Shown in pieces: positions 56,101 to 64,000 of a stretch of DNA of 64,000 nucleotides. The translations under genes and the position numbers were made by a program. Where the stretch lies: the IMG/VR virus record IMGVR_UViG_3300025626_002025. One strand, 5' to 3'. Under the pieces are notes generated by a model. The model searched no databases. It saw only the letters and a list, made by a program, of their open reading frames with translations, and was not told the DNA's origin. Each line of letters begins with the position of its first letter. The stretch's first letter is position 1. The stretch is from a virus.

Positions 56101-58744
56101 GATTTACAACATCGGTAGATGAGGTAGAACCACTTGTTATTAAATCATCCATTATTTGATATCCAATTGTATCAGTAACATCTAATTCAAAGTTAGGAGT
56201 TAATGGAGTACAGTTGTTAACTATATCATCTGTAATTGTTATTCTATCAATTAATGGAATTGATTGTATTTTGGATATCCAAATTTTATCATTAGGATTT
56301 ATATTTCGTGGTAATGGGTCATATAGTTTTAAAACTAATGATTTCTGTACCTCACCATATAATTCTTTTTTGTTAGTTGCTGGATTAATTCTAAAATCTG
56401 AAAATGTTGTTTCATCGATTCCCCATGTACCAATTAACCTATTATCACCATCACCTAGGTGCAAATAGTGTGTTAAAAATGGAGATGTATGTTCATCAAG
56501 TCCTTTATCTTCAAATTCACCAACAAATGCATTTCTTATATCACCAACAACTCTTCCTCTACGAAGTGTTAAATCTCCCTTATCAAAAGTAATATTTATT
56601 GATTCAACTTTACCTTTTGTTTTAGAATCACCTTCTGTATTATAAGGAATTAGTAATATTTTAAATTGTAATAAATCTCTATTATTTCTTAAAGTTTGAA
56701 ATCTTCTACCTTTTCTAATAATATCTTGTATATTAAGTTGAGAAACTCCCTGTGGTTCGAATTTACCTAAGAAAGATTCTCTTCTTGGAGTATCAAGATA
56801 TATTTCAACATAGTTCGTATTAATAGATTGCCAAGATATATTAAAATCTGCATCATATCCTTTAAAATCCGCTCCTTTAATTACTTGTGGATAGTTTATA
56901 TGAGTAATATCTGGACCAGGTAAATATGATTTACTTTCTACTGCAATTACTACCTTTTGAGTTTCACCACTTCCTCCTCGTTTTGAAACAGGCTGAACGT
57001 ATAATGTATAATTTCCTGCACCATTGGGGAAATCACTAGGTGATAATGAAATAGTACCTCGTAATGGTATTGTTTTTTTGTTCTTACCAAGGATATATAA
57101 TAAACTATCTGCATCAATTGACTCGTATGATATCTTAACAGAGTTTCTATCCGCTAGATTTAACTTAACACTACTTCTATTTAATTTAACTGCTGGTTGT
57201 GTAGGTACACTTGCAATAGGATTTTTAAATACTTGAACTTGTATATCGGTTTGACCACCTACAAGTTGAATTGTTGTTTCCAATCCCTTTCTTGAAGTAA
57301 CTTTTTTACCATTAGATGAATATTGAAATTCTCCCCTATGTGTAAAATCAGTTATACCATTTGCATAAAATGAAATACTTGGTATAGGGTCTCCTTCTTG
57401 TCTTTCAATTTTAAATGTTACAATATCATCATCATCTAATACACCCCCAACTTGTCCATAATTAGTTTTCCAAAGAATGGTATCATCCGTTGGTACATCA
57501 CCAATTATGCTAACTGAATAGCTTTCTTCAATGATAGGTGGTTCTATAATTTCAACAGATGATTTTCTTAAACTAAATCCACATCGTAGTGCGTGTGATT
57601 TAGGTCTTATAGATACATCTGCAATTTTAGCATTTGAATTCGGTTGTTGTACCCATTTACCATTTATTTTTCTCTCTAATACAATTTCGAAATAATTAAA
57701 TCCAACTTTACCTAATGATAGTTTTGGTGGTGCTGGTTTTGGTAAAGACTTTCCCTTAACAGGCGAACCTAGTGGCTCAATACCAAGATAATTGTTAAAA
57801 TTAATTTTTGGAGATGATGGTTTAGGAGCTCTTCTATTAAAGGCATTAAAAGTGGGATTAATTCGTCCCGCTCTTGTTTCAAAGGAATTGTTTCTTCCGA
57901 AGTTGATATTTCCTCCTCCTCTACCAAATTGTTCAGTTATTGGGTCAAGGAAGTCCACATCCATGTAATCTCTAAACTGACCACTACCATCAGTAGTTGC
58001 AGTGATTGTAGGAGTGTTATTTCTTACATTACCTCTAGTTGGTTGTGGATTAGTACGAATTGGTGGTGGTAAATCAGGTCGTACAATATCAATAACTGGT
58101 TTTACATCTTTATATAAAGTTTTTTGTTTAGAAGATATTCTCCACTCATCTCTTGATGTAAATCCTGATTTTTCTACTGTTATTGTCTTTCTACTAAGTA
58201 ATTCTTTTTCTGTAAAATTTAAAACTTTGGAATGAAAATCACCTGAACCATTTGTTGTACCCACAGATTTACCATTTACTTTAACTTCAGCTGGTCCTCT
58301 ATCACTAGCTATGGTCACAGTAACTGGTGCATTTTTATCTTTTACCACAGGTTTAATCTCTGGTTTTGGATATCTACATTTACCATTATCGTAAGTTGCT
58401 CTTCTATCAAAGTTAGTTGCCTTCGAATCCATACACCCACCTTTTACAAACACAAGAGGTGGTATTTTTATTGGGATAATTGGATTTGGTGGCAAATCAG
58501 GTTTTATTGGTGCTGGTGGTGGAAGTATCGGTTTTACGAAACGAGGTTTACTTATTTCTGGCACAGGACGTTTTGGTACAGTTATAGGTGGAGTAGGTCT
58601 TGATACTCTACCTCCACCTCCACCGTTACCAATAGGACGAAGTACCTCTGGTTCATATCCGAAAGGATTTTCCCCATTAGCTCTTCCAAAGTTATCCTCG
58701 TAACCTCTGAAATCATCGTAATTAAATTCTCTTCTATTTCTCAT
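53132..58744 (-). CDS. Large baseplate wedge-like structural protein with Pro-rich disordered N-terminus
   Basis: 1870 aa; L.YLYKHKGTKRAI wedge-type motif; LamG-like segment (DEYRLWRTPL); N-terminal ~350 aa rich in P/R/G. Confidence 0.68.
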   Translation of the reverse strand: MRNRREFNYDDFRGYEDNFGRANGENPFGYEPEVLRPIGNGGGGGRVSRPTPPITVPKRPVPEISKPRFVKPILPPPAPIKPDLPPNPIIPIKIPPLVFVKGGCMDSKATNFDRRATYDNGKCRYPKPEIKPVVKDKNAPVTVTIASDRGPAEVKVNGKSVGTTNGSGDFHSKVLNFTEKELLSRKTITVEKSGFTSRDEWRISSKQKTLYKDVKPVIDIVRPDLPPPIRTNPQPTRGNVRNNTPTITATTDGSGQFRDYMDVDFLDPITEQFGRGGGNINFGRNNSFETRAGRINPTFNAFNRRAPKPSSPKINFNNYLGIEPLGSPVKGKSLPKPAPPKLSLGKVGFNYFEIVLERKINGKWVQQPNSNAKIADVSIRPKSHALRCGFSLRKSSVEIIEPPIIEESYSVSIIGDVPTDDTILWKTNYGQVGGVLDDDDIVTFKIERQEGDPIPSISFYANGITDFTHRGEFQYSSNGKKVTSRKGLETTIQLVGGQTDIQVQVFKNPIASVPTQPAVKLNRSSVKLNLADRNSVKISYESIDADSLLYILGKNKKTIPLRGTISLSPSDFPNGAGNYTLYVQPVSKRGGSGETQKVVIAVESKSYLPGPDITHINYPQVIKGADFKGYDADFNISWQSINTNYVEIYLDTPRRESFLGKFEPQGVSQLNIQDIIRKGRRFQTLRNNRDLLQFKILLIPYNTEGDSKTKGKVESINITFDKGDLTLRRGRVVGDIRNAFVGEFEDKGLDEHTSPFLTHYLHLGDGDNRLIGTWGIDETTFSDFRINPATNKKELYGEVQKSLVLKLYDPLPRNINPNDKIWISKIQSIPLIDRITITDDIVNNCTPLTPNFELDVTDTIGYQIMDDLITSGSTSSTDVVNQFVSSSNFSLDNLNIEFVSQSSIINEVGTGLILEQTGDEDYNWKEFIKYSSADERVQNFYYKVKLLESYQSKYDIVNSLTSSIATTQEAKNIQFKIGEVRRGFDSFEKYLYNETGSLTYPGAGENTLSSSDDSSTISWFAGILNSAQSFDYNNTSRLSFNLPKHIKDDENNSDFILFSDMIGQHFDVIYTHIKAISKSNRIENTHEYGIDDTMLYHMLESLGWNADMGVSGQALWEYAFGKDKDGNKTTSLSGKDRQNEIWRRLLNNLPYLYKHKGTKRAISAALSCYGVPASLLTVMEFGGPSDPDGDTPTKFTYDDRTASILLSGSAAITLPWKEHTSVFSDDYPNAVELRINSEQRQDQEIVSTDGWSLNLIANTGSLAEVQFKISGSNTILSSSTGTGSLFNDEYTQIVVQKVVSGSFDKFDVYAQESFQGRIRTKLSSSLEIRSGTNSWKSGSLLTLGGTNLTASVDEYRLWRTPLSQSRIDNHTLLPDAVDGNHISASSTDLLFRNDYEYPKNRYSSTSIKNVSIIQTYVTESIASNFTDISSYPFQYKSYDREVTAVVPSTGNSLGNKVRFETQTLVSDLNYRSRATKKSFDQSPVDSNRLGLFFSPTKEINMDIIRSLGEFNIDDYIGDPSDDYKPTYNRLNQLRNYYFDRYTLNIYEYIQLVRYIDQSLFKIILSLIPVRAQTSEGLLIEPHILERSKTEWKPSTAVKKDYKTNINVNDLVPSGETKNYLTVIDTKNSTNLSAESKDFTGVIPLDTSGELSADNIGIDSTILTQDNTVLSGENIGLSLSINNTEIGQSLSGEFESDMFTQIGTGPDSLSVAGFGLFGNDANAIRTRFDSSKQLVKERVKVFLLKKSYTVDIPENITQDSSQGTRFVTTTKFKEVVNILPFTGSDGNESVDPTVSGDVVGVTPLNGYFPTHYRNVGDLTSGLENSFFNGSKQTAATTLDGGSPIVTFTTNPNTLKVSDSGRGSGEPILEVD

Positions 58745-58767
58745 GTGTATCCCAACAATATTCCTAC

Positions 58768-58776
58768 TATAAATAT
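58768..58776 (-). promoter_or_regulatory. Putative late promoter motif ATATTTATA
   Basis: 23 nt upstream of ATG 58744. Confidence 0.65.
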
Positions 58777-58798
58777 ATAGTTATTTTCTTCTTATAAT

Positions 58799-61030
58799 TT
58801 AGTTGAATCTACCTCCAAAGGATTCTCTAAATGTATTACTCTGATTACCACGTCCACGGCCAACTCCTCCAAATTCAATACCTCCTTGTTCATCCATTGC
58901 TGCTAATATTTCGTTCACACCACCGCCGCCGCCTCCGCCACCGTTTCCACTACTAGTGATTCTAGGTGGTGTATTTTGAACTATTTGAATTGGGTTATCC
59001 ACAACATCAACAAAAATTGGATAAGTACATACCCCGTACTGTTGATAATTATCTGCATTAGGGTCAAGACACCTCTTTCTTGGCGGTGGTGGAGGTGGTG
59101 GAGGTGGTAGTATTGGGTCCTCAGGTTTTGGTGCATATTTACACACACCAACTTCACCAAAGTTTATCGCTCGTGAATTATTACATTTATATTTTGGTTT
59201 AGGTACGGTAATTACTTGTGGATATGTTCCTCCACAGGTTCCTACTCGTGTTACTTTAAGACCAGGTACACTTGATATTGAATTTTCAACTGCACATATT
59301 ATTAACGAATCATTCGGTTCTATTGTAGAACTTGTTTTTTGTTGATTTAACTTATTCTTATAAGAAAAAGATAAAGAAGAACCCGCAAATATTTCTTCAA
59401 ACTCTTCAATTACATTTGGATACTTTTGTAAACTATTGTTACGGCGATTGTATCCTTCTCTATCACCAAATGGATGAATATCATTAAAACGTTTTCTTTC
59501 TAAGAAAATTGGTCTTTGCCTTGTTACCTTACTTTGGTTCTGAACTCTATATTCAACAACAAGTGGTGGTGTAATTTTTATTTTTGGTATTTCTCTTACA
59601 TCATTAACAAACTTCGGAGGTCCATCATCTCTAAAAGTTATTTTTAGAGCATCGTATTCAATACCAGATGATACAACCTTTCCTCCAGTTCTATCGGTAT
59701 AATTTATTGAACCAGTTTCTGACCAAATATAGTATATTTTTGTTGTATATTTGTACACTGGTTTTGGTGGTGGAGGTGGTGGAGGGTCAACTACAACCTC
59801 TGTATCGGTATCAAGTCCTCCTCCTAAATCAGCAAAATCTTCAACCACTTCTTGATATTTACAACTACCATCATCTTTATTTGCATACTGATTATAGTTT
59901 ACTGCACTCTTATCAGTACAACCCTCTACAACAGCAGCTGCTACTTCTGTTTCTTTATATCTACAACTACCATCGTTTTCTTTTGCTCGTGGATTATAGT
60001 TAAGTGCTTCTTTATCTGTACAACCTCTAACTACACCTCCTACTTCAGATGGTATGGTACTTGGAAATTTTTGATTTGCTTTAATAGTTTTTAATATTTT
60101 CTTAACCTTATCAAACGTAATTTGTTCATCTGCGGTTAATTCAATACTATTTTGTATTTTACGTTTTGGTAAATAATACTCAACCGAATTTCGTATAGCA
60201 GTTTCTGCTACTCTTTTTATTTTTGAAATTGTTAATTCTAATAAATCAGGATTATTAATTGATTTACCATAAGTGTTTGATGTTATATCCCAATCTTTTC
60301 CAACTATGAAATAATCCATAGACTCAAGATATCTAGCTTTTATATCATTTAACAAATTATCAAATGAACCTACTTTAAATTCTTGTTGAACTAGTTTTTG
60401 ATATCGTCTTCCATCACGAATTCTACCCTTACTTCTTATAAATCTATCAACAACCTTAAAGATATCAATACTATCAATAAAGTTTCTAACATAATAAATG
60501 GTATCATCTCTAAAGTTTCCTTCATCGGTGAATAACCCATACCTTCTTAGTAAATCTTCATTGGGTTTATTTGTATTTTTTAAAGGAACAACTCTTATTT
60601 CGGTTCGTGTTGGTGATATTTCATGTATCCATAATTTATCAGTTTCTCCTTCTTCTGAACCGACTCTTCTGTTTAGTAATGTTATTTGAGTCTTGAATAT
60701 ACCATTAGAATATCCAGCTTCTCTAATTAATCTTTCTAAATCAATTATAAACTCAGATGCATCATTTGTCTTTTTAGTTTCTTCATTTCTTGTTATTAAA
60801 AAATAATCATTAATGTTTTTATCATCTATATGAATATATCTAACAAGTTTTGCATCCTCTCCTTGTGGTAGTTGATTATCATTTGAATCATATAAAATGA
60901 ATTCAATCATATCAGACGCACCTAGTCCGAAGTTAGATTTCTTAATTTCCTTTTCGAAAATTTTTCTATCTTCATTTTCTACGAGATATCCTTTTCTCTC
61001 TACTATTTCTTTAAATGTTTCTAAAGCCAT
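58799..61030 (-). CDS. Structural protein with Cys-rich GCTD..A.NY...A..DDGSC repeats and poly-Pro/poly-Gly tracts
   Basis: IHEISPTRTEIR N-terminal domain; two full and two degenerate Cys repeats; two poly-Pro runs; GGGGGGGG. Confidence 0.65.
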   Translation of the reverse strand: MALETFKEIVERKGYLVENEDRKIFEKEIKKSNFGLGASDMIEFILYDSNDNQLPQGEDAKLVRYIHIDDKNINDYFLITRNEETKKTNDASEFIIDLERLIREAGYSNGIFKTQITLLNRRVGSEEGETDKLWIHEISPTRTEIRVVPLKNTNKPNEDLLRRYGLFTDEGNFRDDTIYYVRNFIDSIDIFKVVDRFIRSKGRIRDGRRYQKLVQQEFKVGSFDNLLNDIKARYLESMDYFIVGKDWDITSNTYGKSINNPDLLELTISKIKRVAETAIRNSVEYYLPKRKIQNSIELTADEQITFDKVKKILKTIKANQKFPSTIPSEVGGVVRGCTDKEALNYNPRAKENDGSCRYKETEVAAAVVEGCTDKSAVNYNQYANKDDGSCKYQEVVEDFADLGGGLDTDTEVVVDPPPPPPPKPVYKYTTKIYYIWSETGSINYTDRTGGKVVSSGIEYDALKITFRDDGPPKFVNDVREIPKIKITPPLVVEYRVQNQSKVTRQRPIFLERKRFNDIHPFGDREGYNRRNNSLQKYPNVIEEFEEIFAGSSLSFSYKNKLNQQKTSSTIEPNDSLIICAVENSISSVPGLKVTRVGTCGGTYPQVITVPKPKYKCNNSRAINFGEVGVCKYAPKPEDPILPPPPPPPPPRKRCLDPNADNYQQYGVCTYPIFVDVVDNPIQIVQNTPPRITSSGNGGGGGGGGVNEILAAMDEQGGIEFGGVGRGRGNQSNTFRESFGGRFN

Positions 61031-61036
61031 AATCTA

Positions 61037-62332
61037 TTAGGTTTTTCTTCTACGTCTTGCTTGCCAATAACGAGTTTTCATTTTAAATTTCTCATTAGTG
61101 GTTGTGTTTGTCCATTCTATTTCTGTTTCATAAGTTCCCTTACCTATACTTCCCCTACCAAAAGTAACTGTTTTCTTACCAGGTGTTGAACCACCATCAG
61201 GACTTGCAGGAATAGTAAGTGAACTAGGAACACCTGTTAACCATTTTTTGTTGTTAATTACAGTTTCCGTTACGCTAAGTGTGATTGCTTCTTCACCTAA
61301 GTTATACCAATCATATTTAAGACCAGTTAATCTTCCCCTATCACCTTTCTTTCTATCATCCCATCTAGCAGCTTGTTCTGTTTTTCTATTTTTACTTGAT
61401 GGATGAAGTGCCCAACCAACTGTACCCTTAACTTGGAATTGTCCTTTATCCTCAACTAACCCCAATAAACTTGTTTGTTTAGCTGCCTCAACTTGTTGTT
61501 CCGCTGCTTCTTGTTGTTGTTCGGCAACTTGTGCCTGTATCTCTTGTTGATTTTGTAACGATTTTACAATATCTTGTTGTGATGCTAATTGTGCTTGTAA
61601 GGTTTCTTTTTGTGCTTGTAATCCCTGAGCTTGTGCAGATAAAGATGCTCGTTCAATACCTTCCTTTGTACCCTTTATTAAAGAAGTCTGAAAATCTTTT
61701 AGTAAATCACTATATCTATCGGTTGCTTTTTCGGTTTCTATAATCTGTGCATCAAGTTGAGCTTGACATGAATCAAGTTGTGATTGTAAAGATGATATCT
61801 CCCCCTCAAGTGAAGCAATACTAGATAACGCATTATCTCGTTGTGAGGTTATTGTCTTTATTTGTTTTTGTGCATTTTCATACTTTTTTTCTAAACTAGT
61901 ATATCTTGGTTTAGGAACAAAATCACCTCTTTGAACTTTTTTGGGTTTTATTAACTCATCAACTTTTACATCAATTGCCTTTTTAAGTTCACTTTCATCA
62001 TAATTAGGTTTTTCAATGAAACCAGATGTTTCTCCCCCAAATGATTTTTGAGCTTCTAAATCCGCAAGACTCTTTAGTGGAGGCAATGTATCTACAAAAT
62101 CAGCTTTGAATTTTTTTGTATCGTTTGGAGATTTGATTGGCTTTTTACCATATGGTATAAATTTCTCTGGTAATTTTACTGGATATTTATAACCCTCTTT
62201 GAAAGAGTATCCCGGTGGTAACGGTTTACCATCTCTTTTGCGCACTCGGATTCCACCTCGTTCATCACGAGGAATTGCTTTAGAACCTTTTTTAACAAGT
62301 TCATCAATTCGAAATCTATCTTTTAACCCCAT
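61037..62332 (-). CDS. Coiled-coil protein
   Basis: Long Q/L/E heptad region (aa ~140-290) between a basic N-terminus and a beta-rich C-terminus. Confidence 0.65.
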   Translation of the reverse strand: MGLKDRFRIDELVKKGSKAIPRDERGGIRVRKRDGKPLPPGYSFKEGYKYPVKLPEKFIPYGKKPIKSPNDTKKFKADFVDTLPPLKSLADLEAQKSFGGETSGFIEKPNYDESELKKAIDVKVDELIKPKKVQRGDFVPKPRYTSLEKKYENAQKQIKTITSQRDNALSSIASLEGEISSLQSQLDSCQAQLDAQIIETEKATDRYSDLLKDFQTSLIKGTKEGIERASLSAQAQGLQAQKETLQAQLASQQDIVKSLQNQQEIQAQVAEQQQEAAEQQVEAAKQTSLLGLVEDKGQFQVKGTVGWALHPSSKNRKTEQAARWDDRKKGDRGRLTGLKYDWYNLGEEAITLSVTETVINNKKWLTGVPSSLTIPASPDGGSTPGKKTVTFGRGSIGKGTYETEIEWTNTTTNEKFKMKTRYWQARRRRKT

Positions 62333-62333
62333 G

Positions 62334-63401
62334 TTATTTCTCTACGGTAAATGTTAAATCTTTATCACTAAAATATTCTACTACACCACTTCTTATTGTT
62401 TTTATTTCAATATAGTAATCTCTATTATATTCAAAGTTAGATAAATCTAATTTAAAATAATTACCATTGGTATCACAACTAACTTTTGTATAGTTATCAT
62501 TGAATGGTATTATTACATCACCTGTTACGATATCTTTTATTTGATAATATGTTGTAGATGGTAAATAATATAAATCATTATAAGCGTATGTATTTGTATA
62601 GGTTTTAAGAGGATACTTTTCTCTACCAAAAACTCTAATCATTGGTGTACTCCCTACCTTATATCTTACTTTTAATCTTTTAAACGTTACATTAATTTCT
62701 TCAGAAGTTAATTCTGTTAATGAACCTGTTGTAAATACCGAATCATCCCAGCCAATTCTAATTTTAGGTTGGTATATTGTTGCAGTTTCTTTACCGAAGA
62801 ATTTTAATTCTCCATAATCAACTGTATCTGCTTCTTTTGCATCTGAATGTTTTACTATAAATCCTTCATTTGGTAGTGTACCACCAATCCAACTATTCAT
62901 TGAACTGAGTACATTCATTTCTATATCACTCGATTGATATGAAAAATCTTGTGAACCAACCGAACCGGTGTACCATGTACCACCCTTTCCGTTAAAAGAA
63001 CCACTCGTACCACTCGCATATCCACCATCTCCTAGCCAACTTTCTGTGGATGTTCCTCTGTTTTCCCAACTTACACCATCGGTTGATATATCATCAAATC
63101 GTGTTCCAATGCCCATATCCCATGATTGTGATATAGGATATGCATAAATTGTGTAATCCATAGGAATCTCATTTGCATCAGATTCTTTTAATAATAAATG
63201 AGCAGAACTCATTGTGATATCTCCACTAGCAATTGATTGTGATAATGGAGTAGTATCAAATTTTATTAATGCTCTTGCATTATCTTTAAGATTACCATAG
63301 AAAGTTTTAGATACCTCAATTATCTCATCCAATCCAGTGTTTTGACTTGGTTGTTGTAAATAAATTGTTGAATCTTTGGATGATGTTACGAAATGATACA
63401 T
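62334..63401 (-). CDS. Structural protein with DNRLRE-like beta-sandwich domain
   Basis: KDSTIY...NTGLD...RALIKFD...SAHLLL...SW..G...W...NEGFIVK...PKIRIGW pattern. Confidence 0.6.
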   Translation of the reverse strand: MYHFVTSSKDSTIYLQQPSQNTGLDEIIEVSKTFYGNLKDNARALIKFDTTPLSQSIASGDITMSSAHLLLKESDANEIPMDYTIYAYPISQSWDMGIGTRFDDISTDGVSWENRGTSTESWLGDGGYASGTSGSFNGKGGTWYTGSVGSQDFSYQSSDIEMNVLSSMNSWIGGTLPNEGFIVKHSDAKEADTVDYGELKFFGKETATIYQPKIRIGWDDSVFTTGSLTELTSEEINVTFKRLKVRYKVGSTPMIRVFGREKYPLKTYTNTYAYNDLYYLPSTTYYQIKDIVTGDVIIPFNDNYTKVSCDTNGNYFKLDLSNFEYNRDYYIEIKTIRSGVVEYFSDKDLTFTVEK

Positions 63402-64000
63402 TATACTACTCTCCCTTTTAAATCTTTATTTGGAAACTTAACCTCAAATACAGAAGGGTCTACTGATGGATACACCATTTTACCCTTTGTTGCTGCTTGT
63501 ATATCATATGAATGTTCTGAGTATTTTCCTAAACACTTATTAGTAACTTCACATTTTGGTACAGATTGTACTCCCTCAATACTTGCTAGTAAAATTTCTA
63601 TTGCAGATATATTAATTGGCATATTAAACGTCCAATTATCTATATTAAAATATTGCTTTAATTCTGATATACATTTTGCAAGTACTTCTCTTTTATTATA
63701 TCCACCATAAACTCTTATTTCAAAATCAAGTCCTATGTTTATAACATACCCATCAATAATATTAATTCCATCTGTTAACATTCTATATTCTCCAATATAT
63801 GTTTTCAGATTTTCTTTAACTGCTCTATTCAATATAGATAAATTTTTATCTGAGTTATATCCAAGAATATATAAGTTAATTGCAAATGGATTATTTTTTT
63901 CACCAGGACTACCCTTTTTACTTTTTAATAATCTTTTAACTTCTTCTCGTGTTTCTGCATCTGATAGGTTTTGGTCTTTAACCATGTTAACCACACCCAT
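63401..64000 (-). CDS. Baseplate wedge subunit (T4 gp6-like), C-terminal part; start lies outside the window
   Basis: NLKTYIGEYRMLTD.INI.DGY.INIG..F...F.I.NW.FN.PI.I...IEGVQSV...YPS.DPS.FEVKFP..D..GRV. Confidence 0.75.
   Translation of the reverse strand: MGVVNMVKDQNLSDAETREEVKRLLKSKKGSPGEKNNPFAINLYILGYNSDKNLSILNRAVKENLKTYIGEYRMLTDGINIIDGYVINIGLDFEIRVYGGYNKREVLAKCISELKQYFNIDNWTFNMPINISAIEILLASIEGVQSVPKCEVTNKCLGKYSEHSYDIQAATKGKMVYPSVDPSVFEVKFPNKDLKGRVV

Noticed and set aside
2077-58776. Canonical T4 late promoters (TATAAATA) driving plus-strand transcripts
   Set aside because: In that orientation they would mostly point antisense into the 3' ends of neighbouring genes; spacing fits the minus-strand starts. 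Only 43716 is ambiguous because of the RHH gene.
129-63710. Numerous 60-125 aa plus-strand and nested minus-strand ORFs in the track
   Set aside because: They lie antisense to or out of frame within long motif-bearing genes (129-332 is antisense to the portal) and have shadow-type composition with no recognisable motifs.
1-64000. Stop-codon reassignment, as in some large Bacteroidota phages
   Set aside because: Standard-code ORFs tile the window and genes end cleanly at TAA, TAG (e.g. 3684, 43935) and TGA; no fragmentation is visible.
1-64000. CRISPR array, tRNA or rRNA genes, IS elements, DGR
   Set aside because: No regularly spaced DNA repeats, transposase or reverse transcriptase seen; intergenic gaps are short and AT-rich with no cloverleaf noticed (tRNAscan not run).

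Overview
A very AT-rich, gene-dense 64 kb segment of a large T4-superfamily (jumbo-type) tailed phage in the standard genetic code. The host is probably a Bacteroidota/Flavobacteriia member, based on a TTG-N20-TATATTTG host-type promoter upstream of the primase. All credible genes but one are on the minus strand. In transcription order (right to left): baseplate/tail structural genes (49.3-64 kb) with a GT25 gene inserted and a sulfotransferase just downstream; GIY-YIG protein, primase and a fused Mre11-Rad50 (SbcD-SbcC); a lone plus-strand ribbon-helix-helix regulator; a 2300-aa repeat tail fibre; a ~25 kb glycan-biosynthesis cluster (GT4, GT2, three GT7 with an inserted LamG domain, four GT10-like proteins, two radical SAMs, GDP-sugar enzymes, a minimal ThDP E1 alpha/beta pair, heptose kinase, methyltransferase and SGNH protein); a 1980-aa multi-enzyme protein; a lipoprotein; terminase and portal. 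The top candidate for a new system is the 1980-aa protein. It joins an HxGH nucleotidyltransferase, a CCA-adding-type enzyme, an HD phosphohydrolase and an RNA-ligase-like domain, with most module boundaries carrying T4-gp21-like (L/I/V)xE motifs. This suggests a capsid-packaged, proteolytically matured tRNA-repair (anti-defence) polyprotein. The second candidate is a late-expressed virion glycosylation system, possibly acting on [S/T]GS-rich tail proteins. All assignments come from reading motifs by eye; no database searches were run.
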